Assembly: GCA_005222975.1 (NCBI GenBank)
Contig: NJBI01000019.1
Span: 1 to 53,744 of the forward strand
DNA from: Promethearchaeota archaeon Loki_b31
GTDB taxonomy: Archaea; Asgardarchaeota; Lokiarchaeia; Sigyniarchaeales; SOKP01
DNA length: 53,744 nt
Reading direction: 5' to 3'
Each line of letters opens with the position of its first letter. The stretch's first letter is position 1. The notes beneath the pieces were generated by a model. It was not told the DNA's origin. It did not search any database and worked only from the letters and a program-made list of their open reading frames with translations. The position numbers were made by a program, and so were the translations under genes. Below, piece by piece: positions 50,065 to 53,744 of this stretch.

Positions 50065-51264
50065 TTAGAAGTCAACATCATTTCCTTCAAATGCATACTT
50101 ATAGAGTTTCCCAAATTCCTCGGTATTGGCAGATCTTGGACCAAGAACGCTTGTAGAATCTTCAAAACATAGATTTACTAAAACATCAATATGTTTATCA
50201 TAATCCTCCTTTGTAGTTCCCAGTTCCTTTAAATTAAAAGAAAATCCAACTTCTTTTTGAAGTTCTTTTACTTTTTTTATGACAATATCCGCTGATTTTT
50301 TGTTGTCTTCGTCCCAATTTACCCAACCTAACTGTTTCGCCACTTTTCCAAGTAAATCTTCAGTCTTATCTGCCTCATCTGGGTTGTTTAAACTGTACTG
50401 TAACACATAAGGGAGAAAAATACCCACTGCTCTACCATGAGGAACATGGAAAATGGAGCCCCATGAATGCCCAAGAGTATGCGCAAGTTGTGCTTGAGAA
50501 TTACCAAAAGCTAATCCCGCCATTGTAGCTGCTTGATGCATATAATCTCGTGCTTCCATATTTTTACCATCCTTAACGACTATTGGTAGATACTTGAAAA
50601 TCAATTCAATTGCTTTTAGAGCCATTGCGTAACTAAACTCATTTTTCCAAAGAGATGTAATACCTTCTAATGAATGTGTTAAAGCATCAAAAGCGGTATC
50701 TACTGTCAGTTTTGGTGGCATTCCTACTGCAAAGATTGGGTCAACTATAGCGAAGGAGGGCATTATACTCTTATGCAAGAAAAAGTGCTTTTTCCATATT
50801 CCATCAACAAACCTAGAGATAACACTTGCATTAGTAATTTCCGATCCAGTTCCAGATGTAGTGGTGATAGCAACAAATTTTGACTTATTTCTCAGTTTAT
50901 ACAGTTCCCCGTTAAAGGGATGGATATCATCAAGAATAAGTTCAGGAAATTCATTTAAACACCATACAACCTTAGCAGTATCCATAACTGAGCCGCCACC
51001 TAAAGCTATGACCAAATCAGGGGCGTAATCGATACATTGTTGTCTCGCAGATAGTACATCATCTTCGTGAGGATCTGGTTGTACATCATTAAAAACTTTA
51101 TATTTTTTTCCAAATTTGTCTAATTTTTCAGTTAATATCTTTAAATAACCTAATTCTTCTAACACCTTATCTGTTACAACAAATACTTTTTCGCCAGGAA
51201 TAAATTCAAGAAAATCTATGGCATCTTCGCCATATATAATACCTGGACTATAAAAAAACCACAT
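50065..51264 (-). CDS. Iron-containing alcohol dehydrogenase
   Basis: GGGSVMD, TTSGTGSE, DALTH, AH...H, HG. Confidence 0.93.
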   Translation of the reverse strand: MWFFYSPGIIYGEDAIDFLEFIPGEKVFVVTDKVLEELGYLKILTEKLDKFGKKYKVFNDVQPDPHEDDVLSARQQCIDYAPDLVIALGGGSVMDTAKVVWCLNEFPELILDDIHPFNGELYKLRNKSKFVAITTTSGTGSEITNASVISRFVDGIWKKHFFLHKSIMPSFAIVDPIFAVGMPPKLTVDTAFDALTHSLEGITSLWKNEFSYAMALKAIELIFKYLPIVVKDGKNMEARDYMHQAATMAGLAFGNSQAQLAHTLGHSWGSIFHVPHGRAVGIFLPYVLQYSLNNPDEADKTEDLLGKVAKQLGWVNWDEDNKKSADIVIKKVKELQKEVGFSFNLKELGTTKEDYDKHIDVLVNLCFEDSTSVLGPRSANTEEFGKLYKYAFEGNDVDF

Positions 51265-51397
51265 TTAGTTTTTCACCTAATACTTATTTTTGGAGTTATA
51301 TTTAATATAATTATTTACGATCCATAAAATATTAATTAATTGCAATTGAGTTTATTTTTATAATATTTCTTAAAAAAGTGATCAATGGTAAAGAGTT

Positions 51398-51826
51398 ATG
51401 GAAGAATATGAGAAAGAAAACTTATTTATTACTTTTAAGGGCGTTATCGAAAGCATAATCCTAGATAAACGCAGAAATCCAAAGAACAATAAAACGCTTG
51501 ATAACTTTCAAGCAAAGTTAAACATGGGGCTTCAAACTGAAGAGGATTTTTACTTATGGGTTAATCTTACCGCCGAGAATGGAAAATATACTCTTGGTAA
51601 AGGTAAATTGGAAGAGTACGATTTAGAGATAATGGCAACTCCAGAAGATTTGATGGGTTTTTCTAGCGGCGAAAATTCAACGCTCCACATGATGCTAAAA
51701 AAGAATAAATACGGATTTAAAAAGTTAAGATATGATAAAAGTAGCGACGGAAAAAGAAATTTTGGTATATTGTTAAAACTACCGAAAGTCCTCGTGTTAG
51801 ATAAGATGAAATTACCTAAAAAATAA
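51398..51826 (+). CDS. Hypothetical protein, SCP2-like fold suspected
   Basis: 'ENGKYTLGKG...YDLEIMATPEDL...G' pattern. Confidence 0.55.
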   Translation: MEEYEKENLFITFKGVIESIILDKRRNPKNNKTLDNFQAKLNMGLQTEEDFYLWVNLTAENGKYTLGKGKLEEYDLEIMATPEDLMGFSSGENSTLHMMLKKNKYGFKKLRYDKSSDGKRNFGILLKLPKVLVLDKMKLPKK

Positions 51827-51855
51827 CATATCAAAAAACACTATAAATAGCCTAA

Positions 51856-52482
51856 CTAATATTCTTGTACAGTTTTATTTTTAAAAATGAAACTGAACTT
51901 TTTTTCTCTTAACTTAGATGACCTAATTTCGTATTGGTGTAGAAACACATCAATTTCTCCAGTTTTTTCATAGAGGATTAAAACAATAATAGATGGATTT
52001 CGACTTGCAACAAATGACCACGCTCCTGTGACGCTTCCAGGATTCAATAATAATACACCATTATTTGTTAGAACTACTTCTTCCTTGTGAGTGTGACCCG
52101 ATATGAAGATATTATAGTTATTGTCAATCGCGAGAGTTCCAAGCTGAGCGTGATCGCCTCTTGGGTTGATTTGATGACCGTGTGTTAACCCAACTGTTAA
52201 ATTTTCTTTAGTTTCTATAGATATATCGACGTGTTGATAAATTGGAGCATTTTGGTTTCCACCATAATAATCCATGTTTCCAATTACAACTAATACTTCG
52301 CTTTGTGTTATTTTTTTTAGATAACTCATAAACCTTGGAGCTTTAACAACATCGCCAATAAAAAAGGTAAAATCGAACTTTCCATTTAATATATTCTTTT
52401 CTAGCACATCACAAATTTGAACCGGAATGTTTTTGGCTCTGCGAGGGATATGAGAATCACCAATTGCCAGTATCTTCATCAT
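51856..52482 (-). CDS. YfcE/Vps29-like metallophosphoesterase
   Basis: GDSHIPRR, GD, GNMD, HGHQINPRGD, SGHTH, NPGSVTGA; likely start ATG 52482 or 52479. Confidence 0.9.
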   Translation of the reverse strand: MMKILAIGDSHIPRRAKNIPVQICDVLEKNILNGKFDFTFFIGDVVKAPRFMSYLKKITQSEVLVVIGNMDYYGGNQNAPIYQHVDISIETKENLTVGLTHGHQINPRGDHAQLGTLAIDNNYNIFISGHTHKEEVVLTNNGVLLLNPGSVTGAWSFVASRNPSIIVLILYEKTGEIDVFLHQYEIRSSKLREKKFSFIFKNKTVQEY

Positions 52483-52561
52483 AAGTAGCTCGAAAATATT
52501 TAAGTAATAAGAAAAATAAATTTTTACATTCAATTCATTAAACTATGATTTATTCGAATGT

Positions 52562-53698
52562 TTACCTGGTAATTATTAGTTCTTCTAATTCCTTTTTCAT
52601 TTTTTGAATGTGTGGTTTCTCAAAATGCTTTCTGACGGGCTCTAATATCTCAGTTATCTTATCCGCTACTCCATTTTTTAGATCAAGAGAATGCAGGCTT
52701 TTTGATAAGAATGCTTTCTCTAATTCAGTATAAGAATTGAATTCTATGTCTCCACCATATTTTGAAGGTCTTTCAATTAGAATATTTGAACCTTTATTTC
52801 TAAAAATAACATATTTAGCCCAGTCTAAAATTGGATTTGCAGAAACATTTCCTTCTGGACAGAATGCGTCTCTTACTTTATTTTTTATTTCTTCTGGAGT
52901 ATCGTTAACAAAAACAGCTGAATTTGGTATTGATTTACTCATTTTCATATCTGACCACATTTCTTGAAGTTGAGTTGAATCTTCAATAGGCCAGATTGCA
53001 GGTTTTGTCAATCCAAGTATTAAATGATGATGAACGCATATAGGCTTTATTTTTTCTCCGATTGTGTTTACCAAATTGTTTTTTTTCATTTTTAATGCAA
53101 CATCTCGAGCAACAACATGTGCTTTCCTCTGATCATATCCTGCATGGGCTAAATTAACATTTTGTATAAAAATATCAGCGACTTGCATGGCTGGATACAG
53201 TAATTTAGCGAAATCAACACCCTCACCTAATTTTCGCCCCATTATAGTGATACTTCTGTGCATTCTATTAAGAGTAGTGTTTTTACATACGTCAATAAAT
53301 GTCTCCCAGTAGGCATCATTATTGTGATAAAGATCGGTCCCTAAAGTGAATTTAACTTTCTCTGCGTCAGCTCCAACAGCTCTCAAGCAAGCTTTTAACC
53401 CTTCTTTAAAATAACCAGTAGCAATTTCCTGAATTTGTTCTAAATCTCCACCTAATTTATCGTTTATCCAACTATGCCAATCAGCTAAGAATACTGTACA
53501 TTTAACCCCGGCATCTAGGAAATCTTTGATTTTTGACATACACACAATACCAGTCCCTAAGTGAATCTTTCCAGAGATTTCAAATCCGATATAATGATTT
53601 AACGGAACTCCAGTTTCCAAATATTGCCTTAAATCGTCCTCAGTTAAAACTACTTCAGTTCCTCTTTTGATTAATTCAAACCGTTCTGACACATCCAT
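52562..53698 (-). CDS. tyrS: Tyrosine--tRNA ligase (archaeal type)
   Basis: YIGFEISG.IHLG, ADWH, YPAMQ..D, DQRK, KMSKS. Confidence 0.95.
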   Translation of the reverse strand: MDVSERFELIKRGTEVVLTEDDLRQYLETGVPLNHYIGFEISGKIHLGTGIVCMSKIKDFLDAGVKCTVFLADWHSWINDKLGGDLEQIQEIATGYFKEGLKACLRAVGADAEKVKFTLGTDLYHNNDAYWETFIDVCKNTTLNRMHRSITIMGRKLGEGVDFAKLLYPAMQVADIFIQNVNLAHAGYDQRKAHVVARDVALKMKKNNLVNTIGEKIKPICVHHHLILGLTKPAIWPIEDSTQLQEMWSDMKMSKSIPNSAVFVNDTPEEIKNKVRDAFCPEGNVSANPILDWAKYVIFRNKGSNILIERPSKYGGDIEFNSYTELEKAFLSKSLHSLDLKNGVADKITEILEPVRKHFEKPHIQKMKKELEELIITR

Positions 53699-53744
53699 GA
53701 GTATAAGTAAAATTAGAAGATTTAATTATTTTATTATTGAAAAA

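Overview
AT-rich archaeal window with the gene repertoire of an Asgard (Lokiarchaeia-like) genome: profilin, roadblock and longin domains, a Rab-like GTPase, Vps29-like and LRR proteins, Alba, and a RadA with a GEFRTGKT P-loop. Taxonomy is inferred from protein families only. The first ~10.5 kb is a rearranged accessory patchwork. It holds a near-identical 2.2-kb direct duplication (1486-3663 / 6640-8657), two HEPN-type genes, joined gene fragments, and an IS200/IS605 tnpB element (9122-10514) whose ends and disrupted host gene can be reconstructed exactly. The rest is mostly core or metabolic: Ca2+ P-type ATPase, a 2253-aa surface receptor with a cytoplasmic longin-like domain, RadA, aspartokinase, an intein-containing dCMP deaminase, the hut cluster, AOR, a second tnpB, Fe-ADH and TyrRS. 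The most notable signal is missed by the ORF track: a probable selenoprotein gene at 13590-13964 (- strand). It has an in-frame TGA in a U-x-x-C-x-C motif and a eukaryote-type SECIS-like hairpin (AUGA...GA) directly after the stop, and it lies head-to-head with the SERCA-like pump. All calls are by eye; no database searches or folding programs were run.
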